From: an uncultured Planctomycetales bacterium
GTDB lineage: Bacteria > Omnitrophota > Gorgyraeia > Zapsychrales > Fredricksoniimonadaceae
NCBI GenBank assembly: GCA_964483785.1
Contig: CAZACW010000002.1
Span: 16,666-80,665 of the forward strand
Direction of reading: 5' to 3'
Length of the DNA: 64,000 nucleotides
The notes under the pieces were generated by a model. It did not search any database. It was not told the DNA's origin and saw only the letters and a list, made by a program, of their open reading frames with translations. Below, one piece after another: positions 1 to 9,647 of this stretch; position 1 is the stretch's first letter; each line of letters begins with the position of its first letter. Made by a program: the position numbers and the translations under genes.

Positions 1-8
1 ATGTTTGG

Positions 9-1259
9 GTGGTGCCGCATTTGACCATGGGCCATGATCGAATGGGTCTGGGCTTCCTGACCACCTATCTGGCCGTGTTTTTCGTCGGCGCCCATTTGGT
101 CTGGAATATCAAAGATAAGATGTTGTCCAGCGCCCTGGCAGCGTCGAATTTCGGCAATCTGGCCCTTTACAGCGCCCTGTCCTACCCGCTGATATTCAGA
201 TTGTATTATGACCAGCGCTTTGAAATTATCCTGGCCGAGGGCATCATTTATCTTTTGTCCGCCTATCTTATCAAAAGGCTGGGTCAGCAAAAATTGTTTA
301 TCAGCGATATTGTGGCCGGAGTTTTTGCCGTCACCTACGCGCTGTCCTTGAAATTCGTCCCGTCAACGTCCATCATCCTTTGGCTGATCGAAGTCCCGTG
401 CTTATTGTTCATCAGCATTAATTTTAAGGAAAAGGTGTACAGGTATCTGGCCTATGCCCTGGCTGTGGTGGTCAGCTTGCGGATTTATGCCTTGCATCTC
501 TTCGGTCATTTGCCGGACATTGAATTTTTGTGGGCGGCGCTATCTATGGCCGGATGTTTCGGCATGACGCAGTATCTGTTGAAAGAAGAGGACAAAGACC
601 ACAGGGACGAGCTCTTTGACCAGCTTTTTTCCTTATCAGCGTGCCTTTATATGTTCAGCTGGATTTGGACCTGGGTCGATCAGCCTTACAAGTCCTTTGT
701 CATGTCCTTGCAAGGATGGATTTATCTGGTCATCGGCGCGCTTTTGAATCAAAGGCGCTTCAGGGCCTATGCCTATGCCGCGTTTGCAGGCTCAGTCCTC
801 ATATTTGTGATTGAACAGCTCTATGTCAATTCTGAAGTTTTGAAATGGTTTATCATAGGCTTTGATGTCTTGTCCATCCTGGGCTTATACCGCGTGGTCA
901 ATTATGTGAAGCAGAATTATCCCAAACATATTTTTATGGAATATGAGGAAGAGCTCGCCTTTGGCGCCGGGCTCATTGTTCTGGTTGATGCGATATTCCA
1001 ATATGCGGCGGCGCCATGGATATCATTGAGTTTGGGGTGTGCCAGCGTCGCCTTGATTTTAGCGGGCTTTGTCAGCGGTTTTAAAACCGAGCGTCTGGGG
1101 GGCATGGCCTTGCTGGCCCTGACCTTGGGCCGAGTCGTTTTAGTGGACCTCTCGGGCCTGGACATCATTTTTAAAATCATCACCTTGATTGTTTTGGGGA
1201 TCTTGTTTTTAGGTGTATCTTATGTCTATAACCGGTTCAACATTAAAAAGAACGAATAA
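9..1259 (+). CDS. Polytopic integral membrane protein (hypothetical). It may be 5'-truncated by the window edge or start at an internal ATG near 27.
   Basis: 416-aa ORF rich in hydrophobic helices throughout. I recognise no catalytic motifs. Confidence 0.5.
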   Translation: MVPHLTMGHDRMGLGFLTTYLAVFFVGAHLVWNIKDKMLSSALAASNFGNLALYSALSYPLIFRLYYDQRFEIILAEGIIYLLSAYLIKRLGQQKLFISDIVAGVFAVTYALSLKFVPSTSIILWLIEVPCLLFISINFKEKVYRYLAYALAVVVSLRIYALHLFGHLPDIEFLWAALSMAGCFGMTQYLLKEEDKDHRDELFDQLFSLSACLYMFSWIWTWVDQPYKSFVMSLQGWIYLVIGALLNQRRFRAYAYAAFAGSVLIFVIEQLYVNSEVLKWFIIGFDVLSILGLYRVVNYVKQNYPKHIFMEYEEELAFGAGLIVLVDAIFQYAAAPWISLSLGCASVALILAGFVSGFKTERLGGMALLALTLGRVVLVDLSGLDIIFKIITLIVLGILFLGVSYVYNRFNIKKNE

Positions 1260-1270
1260 AAGGAGCCAAG

Positions 1271-2089
1271 ATGGGATTTATAAAAAGATTGGCAAACGGC
1301 TGGAAATTGTCCCTGATCAGTTTCCAGTTGATTGACAGCCATAAAGAGCTGCTTTTGTTTCCCCTCTTATCCACGATCTCTTTGCTGGGCATGGGAGTGA
1401 GTTTTATCTTTTGCGCCGGCTCTTTTTCGGGTGGGTATGAAGGTTATCATGGATCGGGATCCGCGACCCAATATCTTTTATTATTGGCCTTCTATTTGAT
1501 CAATGCTTTTGTGACTATATTTTTTAATGTGGCCTTGATCCACTGTACCTTTAAGATATTGAAAGGGGAACAGGCGACAATCAGCGAAGGCGTGGCGTTC
1601 AGTTCGTCCCGCTTGAATTTAATATTATCTTGGTCCTTGGTATCTGCCACCGTCAATGTCGTATTAAAACTTATCGAGAAGCGCAGCATTCTTTTGACAG
1701 GCATGATTACAAGAATGTTCGGGATGCTCTGGTCACTGGCCACTTTTTTGGTCATTCCCGTGATGGTGTATGAAAATTTGGATGTTGGTGCCGCCATCAA
1801 GCGTTCTGCGCAGTTATTTAAGGAAACTTGGGGAGAAAACGTGGCAGCCGGGTTTAGTTTCGAGGCCATTGGATTTATTATATTCTTGGCATCATTCATT
1901 TGTTTAGGCAGTTTAATGCTTCCCAACCATTGGTTCCTTTATTTGGCTGTCATGGTCCTGGTCGGTTCAATCATCTACACGGTCATTTCTGCAGTTGAGA
2001 CCGTATTCTTGGCCATGATGTATCAATACGCGACAAAAGATCCGGTCGAAAAAGATGCGATGATGAAATTCGGGGACGTATTCAAATAA
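1271..2089 (+). CDS. Integral membrane protein (hypothetical)
   Basis: 272-aa ORF starting 12 nt after the previous gene, with multiple predicted transmembrane segments. Immediately upstream lies AAGGAG, a Shine-Dalgarno (SD) motif. Confidence 0.5.
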   Translation: MGFIKRLANGWKLSLISFQLIDSHKELLLFPLLSTISLLGMGVSFIFCAGSFSGGYEGYHGSGSATQYLLLLAFYLINAFVTIFFNVALIHCTFKILKGEQATISEGVAFSSSRLNLILSWSLVSATVNVVLKLIEKRSILLTGMITRMFGMLWSLATFLVIPVMVYENLDVGAAIKRSAQLFKETWGENVAAGFSFEAIGFIIFLASFICLGSLMLPNHWFLYLAVMVLVGSIIYTVISAVETVFLAMMYQYATKDPVEKDAMMKFGDVFK

Positions 2090-2127
2090 TGGGTCCGATT
2101 GCAACACATTGAAAGGTCGCTTTAGTT

Positions 2128-2156
2128 TGTTCGCTCCCAAAAGGCGTGTTATAATT
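2128..2156 (+). promoter_or_regulatory. Sigma70-like promoter (TTGTTC, 17-nt spacer, TATAAT) upstream of the toxin-antitoxin-like pair
   Basis: A perfect -10 hexamer TATAAT lies 17 nt downstream of a TTGNNN -35-like hexamer. The small ORF starts about 25 nt downstream. Confidence 0.35.
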
Positions 2157-2181
2157 TAGATGTTTTGGAAAGGATGAGATA

Positions 2182-2277
2182 ATGGAATCGATTAGAGAAG
2201 TCATGCTGGCGAGCGAATCCGTCCTTAAAAAAGATTGGGATCTCTCCCAAGAAGATAAGGCGTGGCAAGATATATAA
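2182..2277 (+). CDS. 31-codon small ORF (MESIREVMLASESVLKKDWDLSQEDKAWQDI), a candidate antitoxin partner of the downstream PIN gene
   Basis: Promoter directly upstream. It ends 25 nt before the PIN start, the canonical antitoxin-then-toxin order. It is short for an antitoxin and no family is recognised. Confidence 0.25.
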   Translation: MESIREVMLASESVLKKDWDLSQEDKAWQDI

Positions 2278-2302
2278 GGGTCATTTTTGATTAAGGATCA
2301 GT

Positions 2303-2755
2303 GTGAATAAAGAAAAGCTTTATTTCGATACATCTGTTCCAAGCGCGTATTATGATAAACGTACTAAAGAACGCATGGAATTGACCAAAGAATTTTGGGG
2401 AAAATTGAAAACGTATGAGCTTTATGTTTCAACCCTTGTTCTTGATTAATTGAATCAAGCTGATCCAGCAAGTTTAAAAAAGAATCTATTAGGCCTCGTT
2501 AATAAATGTGAAGTTTTGGAATTAGATGGAGAAGTTGAAGATTTAGCTGAAAAGTATGTAAAAGCGGGCATTTTGCCGCAAAAATATTTTAATGATGCTT
2601 TGCATATCGCCGTAGCCGTTGTGAATGGTATCAAATTTCTTGTGAGTTGGAACTTTAAGCATTTTGTGAATGTCAAGACACGTCATATGGTTAATTTGAT
2701 CAACCATCAGGAAGGTTATGGAGTTATTGAAATTATTGCGCCACCTGAACTTTAA
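2303..2755 (+). pseudogene. PIN-domain (VapC-like) toxin gene interrupted by an in-frame TAA at 2447-2449
   Basis: The GTG at 2303 opens VNKEKLYFDTSVPSAYYDKRTKERMELTKEFWGKLKTYELYVSTLVLD, then a stop. It continues in the same frame from TTG 2450 as LNQADPASLKK...FNDALHIAVAVVNG...IEIIAPPEL. The combined length of about 150 aa is that of an intact PIN domain, including the N-terminal acidic D-T-S motif. Confidence 0.6.
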
Positions 2756-2769
2756 AAGGAGGGATAAAT

Positions 2770-2949
2770 ATGTTTAATATTAATAAAGCCATTAAAGATT
2801 CTGGTCTTTCAAAATTAGAAATCACGCGCTTACAGAAGGAAATCAAGAAAGATTATCCCCATGACTCAATGTTATATGAATTGCATATGATCAGAGCATT
2901 GAGAGCAAAGAAGCTAAGAAGCAGTGTGTCAATCGCACATAAGGCTTAA
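2770..2949 (+). CDS. Small hypothetical protein (59 aa)
   Basis: A strong SD (AAGGAGG) lies 6 nt upstream of the ATG. This ORF is below the ORF-track length cutoff. It ends 5 nt before the DUF2442 gene. Confidence 0.35.
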   Translation: MFNINKAIKDSGLSKLEITRLQKEIKKDYPHDSMLYELHMIRALRAKKLRSSVSIAHKA

Positions 2950-2954
2950 TTGGA

Positions 2955-3242
2955 ATGATGCTTTATATAACCGAAGCCAAATATCTTGAAGATTATAAGA
3001 TCCGAGTTGTTTTCAATGACGGAAAACAAGGTGTGGCTGATTTATTTGATGCCTTGCGCGGACCGGTTTTCATTCCCCTTAAAGACAAGAAATTATTTGC
3101 GCAGCTATGTGTCGATAAAGAAATGGAAACGATTGCGTGGCCCAATGGGGAGGATCTCGCTCCGGAATATGTTTATTTTAGGGCTTTTAAAGATGTTCCT
3201 GAATTGCAGAAGCAGTTTCAAGAATGGGGGTATAAAGATTAA
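2955..3242 (+). CDS. DUF2442-family small protein
   Basis: 95-aa product MMLYITEAKYLEDYKIRVVFNDGKQG...WPNGEDLAPEYVY, typical of DUF2442. Confidence 0.55.
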   Translation: MMLYITEAKYLEDYKIRVVFNDGKQGVADLFDALRGPVFIPLKDKKLFAQLCVDKEMETIAWPNGEDLAPEYVYFRAFKDVPELQKQFQEWGYKD

Positions 3243-3282
3243 AAATGCCACCTTTGATAAAACGATGGGGCAAGGCCGCCTT

Positions 3283-6200
3283 TTAATACCCCAAATTAGG
3301 CCCGAGCCATTTTTCGGCGGCTTCCTTGGTCATGTTTTTGCGGCGGGCGTAGTCTAAGACCTGGTCCTGGGCGATTTTGCCGATGGCAAAATATTTGGAC
3401 TGCGGATGGGCCAGGTAAAAGCCGCAGACCGCGGCGGTGGGATACATCGCGAAGCTTTCCGTCAGGGTGATGCCGGTGTTTTGGGTGGCATCCAAAAGCC
3501 TGAACAAGGTCTCTTTCTCCGTATGATCAGGGCAGGCCGGATAACCCGGCGCCGGGCGGATACTGCGGTATTGGCCCAGGAGGATCTGTTCTTCGGTCAA
3601 ATGCTCGTCCTTGGCAAATCCCCACAGATTTTTGCGCACCATCTCATGCATCAATTCCGCAAAGGCCTCAGCCAGGCGGTCTGACACGGCCTTGGCCATG
3701 ATGCTTTTATAATCATCGTGGTCATCTTCAAATGTTTTGACCAAGGCATCCAGGCCGACACCCGTGGTCACGGCAAAGGCGCCGATATAATCCTTTACTC
3801 CGGATGATTTCGGCGCAATATAATCCGCGTGGGACAAGAGGGGCTGGGCCTCGCTGACCTTGATCTGCTGGCGCAGATTATACAAGACATCCAGCACTTC
3901 ACGCCGGTCATCGTTGGTATACAGCTCAATATCATCATCGACGGAATTGGCCGGGAAAAACCCGACCACGGCATTGGCCCGCAGGAGTTTTTTCTTGATG
4001 ATTTCATCCAAAAGCAAGTTGGCATCGTTATACACCCGCAGGGCCTCGGCGCCCAGCACAGGGTCTTTGAGGATCTGCGGGAATTTGCCCTTCAATTCCC
4101 AGGTGATGAAAAAGGGCGACCAGTCGATCTTTTGGCGGATCAGATTCAGATCAAAACCGGCAAAGACCTTTAAGCCCAGGAAGGACGGTTTGGTGATCTG
4201 GACTTTTTTCCAGTCGGTCGTCAGGCCTTGTTTACGGGCCTCGGCAATGGGTACAAAATTTTTGACGGATTGACGGCTGGCATGTTCCTGGCGCAGACGC
4301 TCGAATTCAACCCTGGTTTTTTCCACCAGTTCTTTTTTCAGCCGCGGTTCCATCAAACTGCGGCAGGCGCCCACACAGCGGGAAGCGTCCTTGCTGTGGA
4401 TCACCGGATGCTGATACGCGGGCGCGATCTTGACTGCTGTATGCGCCGGCGAGGTGGTGGCCCCGCCGATCATCAGGGGCAGGGTAAAGCCCAAGCGCTG
4501 CATTTCACCGGCCACATGCACCATTTCATCCAGGGAAGGAGTGATCAGGCCTGAAAGGCCGACCACATCCGCCTTTTGGTGTTTGGCGGTTTCCAGGATT
4601 TTGGCGCAGGGGACCATCACGCCCAGATCGATGATTTTAAATCCGTTGCAGGCCAGCACAACACCAACGATGTTTTTGCCGATATCATGCACATCGCCCT
4701 TGACCGTGGCCAGTACAACGGTGCCCGCGACCTTTCCGCCAGGGGCGGATCCGCCTGCGGCGGAGGCTTCCTGGCCCTTCTCTTTTTCAATGTATGGGCT
4801 TAAATAAGCCACGGCCTTTTTCATCACCCGGGCAGACTTGACCACCTGGGGCAAAAACAGTTTGCCTGAACCGAACAGATCGCCGACCACATTCATCCCG
4901 GCCATCAAGGGCCCCTCGATCACATCCAGGGGGCGTTTGGATTGGCGCCTGGCCTCTTCGGTATCCGCTTCGATAAAATCCACAATGCCTTTGACCAAGG
5001 CATGGGAGAGCCTTTCCTGCACCGGCCAAGAGCGCCAGGCCACATCTTCTTCCTTTTTTTCGCCCTTGGATTTCACGTTTTGGCTAAACGCTACCAGCCG
5101 CTCCGTGGCATCAGCCCGGCGGTTCTGCAGAACATCCTCGATCAACTCCAGAAGATCGCGGGGGATCTCGGCATAGACGCTGATCATGCCGGCATTCACA
5201 ATGCCCATATCCATGCCGGCCTGGATGGCGTGATACAGAAAAACGGAATGCATGGCCTCGCGCACCGGATCATTGCCGCGGAAGGAAAAGGAGACATTGG
5301 ACACCCCGCCGGAAATCAAACAGCCTGGGCAGGCTTCCTTGATTTGGCGGACGGCCTCAAAATAATCCTTGGCGTAATTATTGTGCTCTTCGATGCCGGT
5401 GGCCACGGCAAAGATATTGGGATCAAAGATGATGTCCTGGGGCGCAAAGCCGATCTCCTGGGTGAGGATCTTATACGCGCGCCGGCAGATGGCCACACGC
5501 CGCTCGACGCTGTCTGCCTGGCCCTGCTCATCAAAGGCCATGACCACGGCCGCGGCCCCGTAATACAAGACCTTTTGCGCCTGTTCCTTGAAAGGCGCTT
5601 CGCCTTCCTTGAGGCTGATGGAATTGACGATGGATTTGCCCTGCGCGCATTTTAAGCCAGCCTCAATCACCGGCCATTTGGAAGAGTCGATCATCAGCGG
5701 CACGCGGGCGATATCCGGTTCGGAGGCGATGAGATTCAAGAATTTGGTCATGGCCTCGACGGAATTGAGCATGGCCTCATCCATGTTCACGTCAATGATC
5801 TGCGCGCCGTTGTCCACCTGCTGGCGGGCCACGGCCAGCGCCTCATCGAATTGTCCGGCGATGATCAGCCGGGCGAATTGCTTGGAGCCGGTGACATTGG
5901 TGCGCTCGCCCACATTGATAAAATTGCTGTCCTTGCGCACGAGCAGGGGCTCAAGACCGGAAAATGAGCTCAAAGGCGTGAGGGAAGGCCGCTTCCTGGG
6001 TTGAAGGCCCTTGACCGCCTCAGCCATGGCCTGGATATGCGCCGGTGTTGTGCCGCAGCAGCCGCCGAGAATATTGAGAAAGCGGCTTTCAGCGAATTCC
6101 CTGACAATGGCGGACATTTCCCCGGCTTGCAGATCATAATCGCCGAAAGCATTGGGAAGCCCGGCATTGGGATAACAGCTGATGAAGCAATCCGCGATCC

Positions 6201-6996
6201 TGGAGAGCTCCTCGATGTAGGGCCGCATTTCCTTGGGGCCCAGGGCGCAATTTAACCCGACGGCCAATGGTTTGGCATGCTTGATGGATATCCAGAAAGC
6301 CTCGGTGGTCTGGCCGGACAGGGTGCGGCCCGAGGCATCGGTGATGGTGCCGGAAATGATCAAGGGCAGGCGGGTGCCGATCTGATCGGAAACCGTTGCA
6401 TACGCATAAATCGCGGCCTTGGCATTGAGCGTGTCAAAAATGGTTTCAATCAGGATCAGATCAACCCCGCCCTCGATCAGGCCTTTGAGCTGTTCGCTGT
6501 ACGCCTCAACCAGTTGGTCAAAGGTGATGCCGCGCAAGGCCGGATTATTCACATCCGGCGAAATGGAGGCGGTGCGCGTGGTGGGGCCGAGGGCGCCGGC
6601 CACAAAGCGCGGTTTGGCAGGATCAGCCTTGGTCATTTGCCGGGCGGCTTCCTTGGCCAATTTGGCCGCGGCCTTATTCAGCTCATGGACCAATCCTTCC
6701 ATTTTATAATCTGCCATGCTGATGCGATTGCTGTTGAATGTATTGGTCTCAATGATGTCAGCGCCTGCCGCCAAATATTGACGGTGAATGTCCTGGATAA
6801 TGGCAGGCTGGGTCAGGACCAGAAGATCGTTATTGCCTTTCAGATCCACCGGCCAGTCCTTGAAACGATCGCCGCGGTATTGCTGTTCATTGAGCTTGTG
6901 TTTTTGCACCATGGTGCCCATGGCCCCGTCCAGTATCAGGACGCGCTCTTTGAGCAAGCTTTGAAGCGCTTCAAATTGTTTGGCCAGGGGGGTCAT
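3283..6996 (-). CDS. metH: Cobalamin-dependent methionine synthase (5-methyltetrahydrofolate-homocysteine methyltransferase)
   Basis: 1237-aa product with homocysteine-binding, pterin-binding, B12-binding and AdoMet-activation regions in MetH order. The N-terminus reads [10 protein letters not shown]. Confidence 0.95.
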   Translation of the reverse strand: MTPLAKQFEALQSLLKERVLILDGAMGTMVQKHKLNEQQYRGDRFKDWPVDLKGNNDLLVLTQPAIIQDIHRQYLAAGADIIETNTFNSNRISMADYKMEGLVHELNKAAAKLAKEAARQMTKADPAKPRFVAGALGPTTRTASISPDVNNPALRGITFDQLVEAYSEQLKGLIEGGVDLILIETIFDTLNAKAAIYAYATVSDQIGTRLPLIISGTITDASGRTLSGQTTEAFWISIKHAKPLAVGLNCALGPKEMRPYIEELSRIADCFISCYPNAGLPNAFGDYDLQAGEMSAIVREFAESRFLNILGGCCGTTPAHIQAMAEAVKGLQPRKRPSLTPLSSFSGLEPLLVRKDSNFINVGERTNVTGSKQFARLIIAGQFDEALAVARQQVDNGAQIIDVNMDEAMLNSVEAMTKFLNLIASEPDIARVPLMIDSSKWPVIEAGLKCAQGKSIVNSISLKEGEAPFKEQAQKVLYYGAAAVVMAFDEQGQADSVERRVAICRRAYKILTQEIGFAPQDIIFDPNIFAVATGIEEHNNYAKDYFEAVRQIKEACPGCLISGGVSNVSFSFRGNDPVREAMHSVFLYHAIQAGMDMGIVNAGMISVYAEIPRDLLELIEDVLQNRRADATERLVAFSQNVKSKGEKKEEDVAWRSWPVQERLSHALVKGIVDFIEADTEEARRQSKRPLDVIEGPLMAGMNVVGDLFGSGKLFLPQVVKSARVMKKAVAYLSPYIEKEKGQEASAAGGSAPGGKVAGTVVLATVKGDVHDIGKNIVGVVLACNGFKIIDLGVMVPCAKILETAKHQKADVVGLSGLITPSLDEMVHVAGEMQRLGFTLPLMIGGATTSPAHTAVKIAPAYQHPVIHSKDASRCVGACRSLMEPRLKKELVEKTRVEFERLRQEHASRQSVKNFVPIAEARKQGLTTDWKKVQITKPSFLGLKVFAGFDLNLIRQKIDWSPFFITWELKGKFPQILKDPVLGAEALRVYNDANLLLDEIIKKKLLRANAVVGFFPANSVDDDIELYTNDDRREVLDVLYNLRQQIKVSEAQPLLSHADYIAPKSSGVKDYIGAFAVTTGVGLDALVKTFEDDHDDYKSIMAKAVSDRLAEAFAELMHEMVRKNLWGFAKDEHLTEEQILLGQYRSIRPAPGYPACPDHTEKETLFRLLDATQNTGITLTESFAMYPTAAVCGFYLAHPQSKYFAIGKIAQDQVLDYARRKNMTKEAAEKWLGPNLGY

Positions 6997-7874
6997 GGGT
7001 TTAAAGTTTTGAGGATCACATCCACCGGATGGATTTTATTGAGCGTATAAAAATGCAGGCCCGGCGCCCCGCCGGATAAAAGCCCCTGGGCTTGTTCGAT
7101 GCAGAATCTGGTCCCTGCCTCGAGGGTTTTGGCGCGGTCCTCGGCGATGGGCTTAAAAATCGCATGGACCCTGTCCGGAATCGATGCCCCGCACAGGGCG
7201 CAGAAGCGCACCAGCCCGGGATAATCCGTGATCGGCAAAATCCCGGGGATAATGCGGGTCCCAACGCCTAATTTTTTCAAGCGCGCCACATAGTCGAAAT
7301 AATCCTGGTTATCGAAAAATAGCTGGGTGATGACAAAATCCGCGCCGTGGGCGATTTTATTTTTGAGATACTGGGCGTCCAAATTACGGTCAGGGCAGAG
7401 CAGATGGCCCTCGGGAAAACCCGCCACCCCGATATTGAAATCACTGCCGAAATGCTCCCGGATATAGGCCACCAATTCGAAACTAAAGTTAAAATGCTCC
7501 GGCCCCGGCTTCCAGTCGGGATTCTCCTTTGGGGGGTCTCCTCTTAGGGCCAGCACATTGCAGATCTTGCGCTGTTTCATCTCCTGCAAAATGCCCTTGA
7601 TCTCATCCCTGGTATGCATGACGCAGGTGATATGGGCCATGGAAGGCACGCGCAGGTCATTTTGAATGTGGTCTACAATGTCCAGGGTCTTGGCCCTGCT
7701 CCCACCGCCGGCGCCGTAGGTGCAGGAGATGAAATCCGGCTTCAAGGCGCAGAAATCCGGGACCATTTTCAGGAATTTCAAATGGCCTTCCTCGGTTTTC
7801 GGCGGGAAAAACTCAAAGGAAAAGGTCCGGCCTTTTTCCTTGAATATATTTTGGATTTTGGACATGGGGGTCAT
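6993..7874 (-). CDS. metF: 5,10-methylenetetrahydrofolate reductase
   Basis: 293-aa product with the MetF signature near its N-terminus ([10 protein letters not shown]). It has a 4-nt overlap with metH. Confidence 0.9.
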   Translation of the reverse strand: MTPMSKIQNIFKEKGRTFSFEFFPPKTEEGHLKFLKMVPDFCALKPDFISCTYGAGGGSRAKTLDIVDHIQNDLRVPSMAHITCVMHTRDEIKGILQEMKQRKICNVLALRGDPPKENPDWKPGPEHFNFSFELVAYIREHFGSDFNIGVAGFPEGHLLCPDRNLDAQYLKNKIAHGADFVITQLFFDNQDYFDYVARLKKLGVGTRIIPGILPITDYPGLVRFCALCGASIPDRVHAIFKPIAEDRAKTLEAGTRFCIEQAQGLLSGGAPGLHFYTLNKIHPVDVILKTLNP

Positions 7875-9253
7875 TATATCTTATTTTGCTTGCTTTGGGA
7901 GGCTAATTTTTGGTCAGCCCAGAGGCCCAGGGCGATTAAATAGAGAGGGGCCAAAGGCAGGGCGTAGCGGGTGAGGATAAAGAAGAAGGCAAAGAACAGG
8001 ATATAGAGAAGGATGAGCCATCGGATGAAGGAGGCCAGCATGGACCCTGATTTGGGAGGCGCAAACCATAATCTGATCCAGGCAGCCAAGGACAGCAGGG
8101 ACATCAGGAAGCGCAGGGCATTATTCAACAGCTTCATATCATAAATTTTCTCAAGCCATGCAGGATACTCGACAAAGCCGATCTTGGTGGATTCCCAAAA
8201 GAACATTTTCAAGCCTTCGAGGGCGGTCAGGACAAAATACTGAAAAGGATTGTGCAGGGCCTGCTGGACCGAGGCCTTAAGCAAGGCGGTATTCATGGCT
8301 TCGGGCGGCAGGTTTTGGCCGATCATTTCAGTATTTTTAGCGTAGCCTAATCGATCAGATTCCTGAAAGGACCAGAAAGCGCAATCCTGCGCGCTGAAGT
8401 GGCTGGCGCAAACCCCTTCCCCGGGCACATAGGCCAGGCCCGCCGCGAATCTTTGAGGGGTCAGGGGCTCGACCCTGCGTGCGGTACTGCCGTAAAGGGC
8501 CCAGGCGCCGCGGTTGGTGACAGCGTAATGGCCGTTGTATTTGAGATTTAATCCTTTATAGGCCGTGATTGGGACATAGTAAAAGGCAAGGCCGGCGGCC
8601 AGGCCGAGCAAAAGGGGGATGATATGAAAGGAGCGCTGTCTGAGCATATTGACCGACGAGACCACGGCCCAAATTAGCAGATAGGCCGGGCTGATGCATT
8701 CAAACACTGCCTTGACCAAGGTCGCGGCCAGGAGCATGAAGCCCAATAAGGCGCCGTAGGCAATTGACCTTGGGATATCGTTTTTCGTCACCGCTTTCCA
8801 GGCCGCGTGGCTAAAGAGGATGATGCCCAGGACCAAGGGAAACGCGGCGATTTCCGAATAGAGGCTGAAGGCCGCGTTATTAAGGGCAGGTGAAACGGCC
8901 AGATAGGCCAGCACCAGGGCACAGATGCCTTCGCGGACTTTCAAATGGCGCAGAATGAGATAGGTCAGAAGCTGGGTCAAGAACATCAGGACCATGCCGA
9001 AGATGGCCATGAACTGGACATAGGCCCAGCCAGTCACCTGTTCCAGATGCATGGCAATGGAGATCAAAAAGGGATACAAAGGCTCGCGATTGGGCCCGGT
9101 TTTAAAATAGGCGATCCATCCGTCTGTATAGAGCAATTTCCCCAGCTCTTGATAGCCGATGGCATCAAAGGCAAGGATCATCTTGGTAGCCAGGCTCAGA
9201 TAGGTCCAGTAGGCGATGGAGAGGATAAAAACTATGACAGTCGGCATTTGCAT
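7874..9253 (-). CDS. Polytopic membrane protein resembling the GT-C superfamily of glycosyltransferases (PMT/ArnT-like)
   Basis: 459 aa with about 11 predicted transmembrane segments and an N-terminal loop containing DGW..Y..GPNREPLYPFLI, which resembles GT39/GT83 loop motifs. Its TAA stop shares one nucleotide with the metF ATG. Confidence 0.4.
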   Translation of the reverse strand: MQMPTVIVFILSIAYWTYLSLATKMILAFDAIGYQELGKLLYTDGWIAYFKTGPNREPLYPFLISIAMHLEQVTGWAYVQFMAIFGMVLMFLTQLLTYLILRHLKVREGICALVLAYLAVSPALNNAAFSLYSEIAAFPLVLGIILFSHAAWKAVTKNDIPRSIAYGALLGFMLLAATLVKAVFECISPAYLLIWAVVSSVNMLRQRSFHIIPLLLGLAAGLAFYYVPITAYKGLNLKYNGHYAVTNRGAWALYGSTARRVEPLTPQRFAAGLAYVPGEGVCASHFSAQDCAFWSFQESDRLGYAKNTEMIGQNLPPEAMNTALLKASVQQALHNPFQYFVLTALEGLKMFFWESTKIGFVEYPAWLEKIYDMKLLNNALRFLMSLLSLAAWIRLWFAPPKSGSMLASFIRWLILLYILFFAFFFILTRYALPLAPLYLIALGLWADQKLASQSKQNKI

Positions 9254-9272
9254 ACAATTATTTTAATACCAA

Positions 9273-9299
9273 CCATCACAACCCCGGGGGTTGTGATGG
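9273..9299. repeat. 27-nt GC-rich near-palindrome CCATCACAACCCCGGGGGTTGTGATGG (copy 1)
   Basis: Two 13-nt arms that are exact reverse complements flank a single central nucleotide. Read directly from the sequence. Confidence 0.9.
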
Positions 9300-9387
9300 T
9301 GTCTGCATTGTTTGTATCATATCAATATCGGACTTTTTAGACAAGTAGGGGATCAATTATGTAAGTTTGACATAACGCCATCTGTCG

Positions 9388-9537
9388 GAATGCAAGAATA
9401 TGTTTTTTCACCGCGACGCGCCCCCCAACCCCCCAAACGCGGCGCGTCGGAGCTACAAAAGAGAACATTTGTAAGCAGCTCCTGTGCGCCTGGGGGGAGA
9501 GCGCATCGCCTTATCAAAAACATATTCTTGCATTCCT
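9388..9537. repeat. 150-nt unit bounded by a 16-nt inverted repeat (GGAATGCAAGAATATG ... CATATTCTTGCATTCC). It encloses a GC-rich hairpin (CCGCGACGCGCC ... GGCGCGTCGG) with a C-rich loop.
   Basis: Reverse-complement matches read directly from the sequence. It lies between palindrome copies 1 and 2. Confidence 0.8.
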
Positions 9538-9544
9538 TAAAAAA

Positions 9545-9571
9545 CCATCACAACCCCCGGGGTTGTGATGG
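9545..9571. repeat. 27-nt near-palindrome CCATCACAACCCCCGGGGTTGTGATGG (copy 2, exact reverse complement of copy 1)
   Basis: Direct sequence match. It is followed 28 nt later by the consensus promoter. Confidence 0.9.
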
Positions 9572-9598
9572 TGGGGCGTGTATAATTTTTTATTTATA

Positions 9599-9626
9599 TT
9601 GACATGTTAAAGGCCGCTCTTATAAT
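9599..9626 (+). promoter_or_regulatory. Consensus sigma70 promoter (TTGACA, 16-nt spacer, TATAAT) heading the island
   Basis: A perfect -35 and a perfect -10. The first plus-strand gene of the island begins about 20 nt downstream. Confidence 0.5.
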
Positions 9627-9647
9627 GTTCATATATTGAACATTGCC

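Noticed and set aside
2986-3357. 123-aa ORF overlapping the DUF2442 gene in another frame
   Set aside because: It overlaps a recognisable DUF2442 coding frame and crosses into the metH 3' end. It has no RBS or motif.
3406-6709. Numerous 60-260-aa ORFs on the plus strand inside metH, and similar antisense ORFs inside most other genes
   Set aside because: These are typical spurious antisense open frames of high-GC DNA. The opposite strand encodes confidently identified proteins with full-length domain architecture.
9312-9602. 96-aa ORF ending ...HHNPRGCDGGACIIFYLY across the structured region
   Set aside because: Its reading frame is produced by the inverted repeats and palindromes. The same HHNPRGCDG peptide arises wherever the 27-mer occurs, so it is an artefact of the repeat and not a gene.
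9254-9635. Riboswitch (SAH, SAM or cobalamin) upstream of metF/metH or of the B12-radical-SAM gene
   Set aside because: I could not match the B12-box or the SAH-riboswitch consensus by eye on either strand. The structure present is better explained by the inverted-repeat element. It is left as something to test by covariance-model search.
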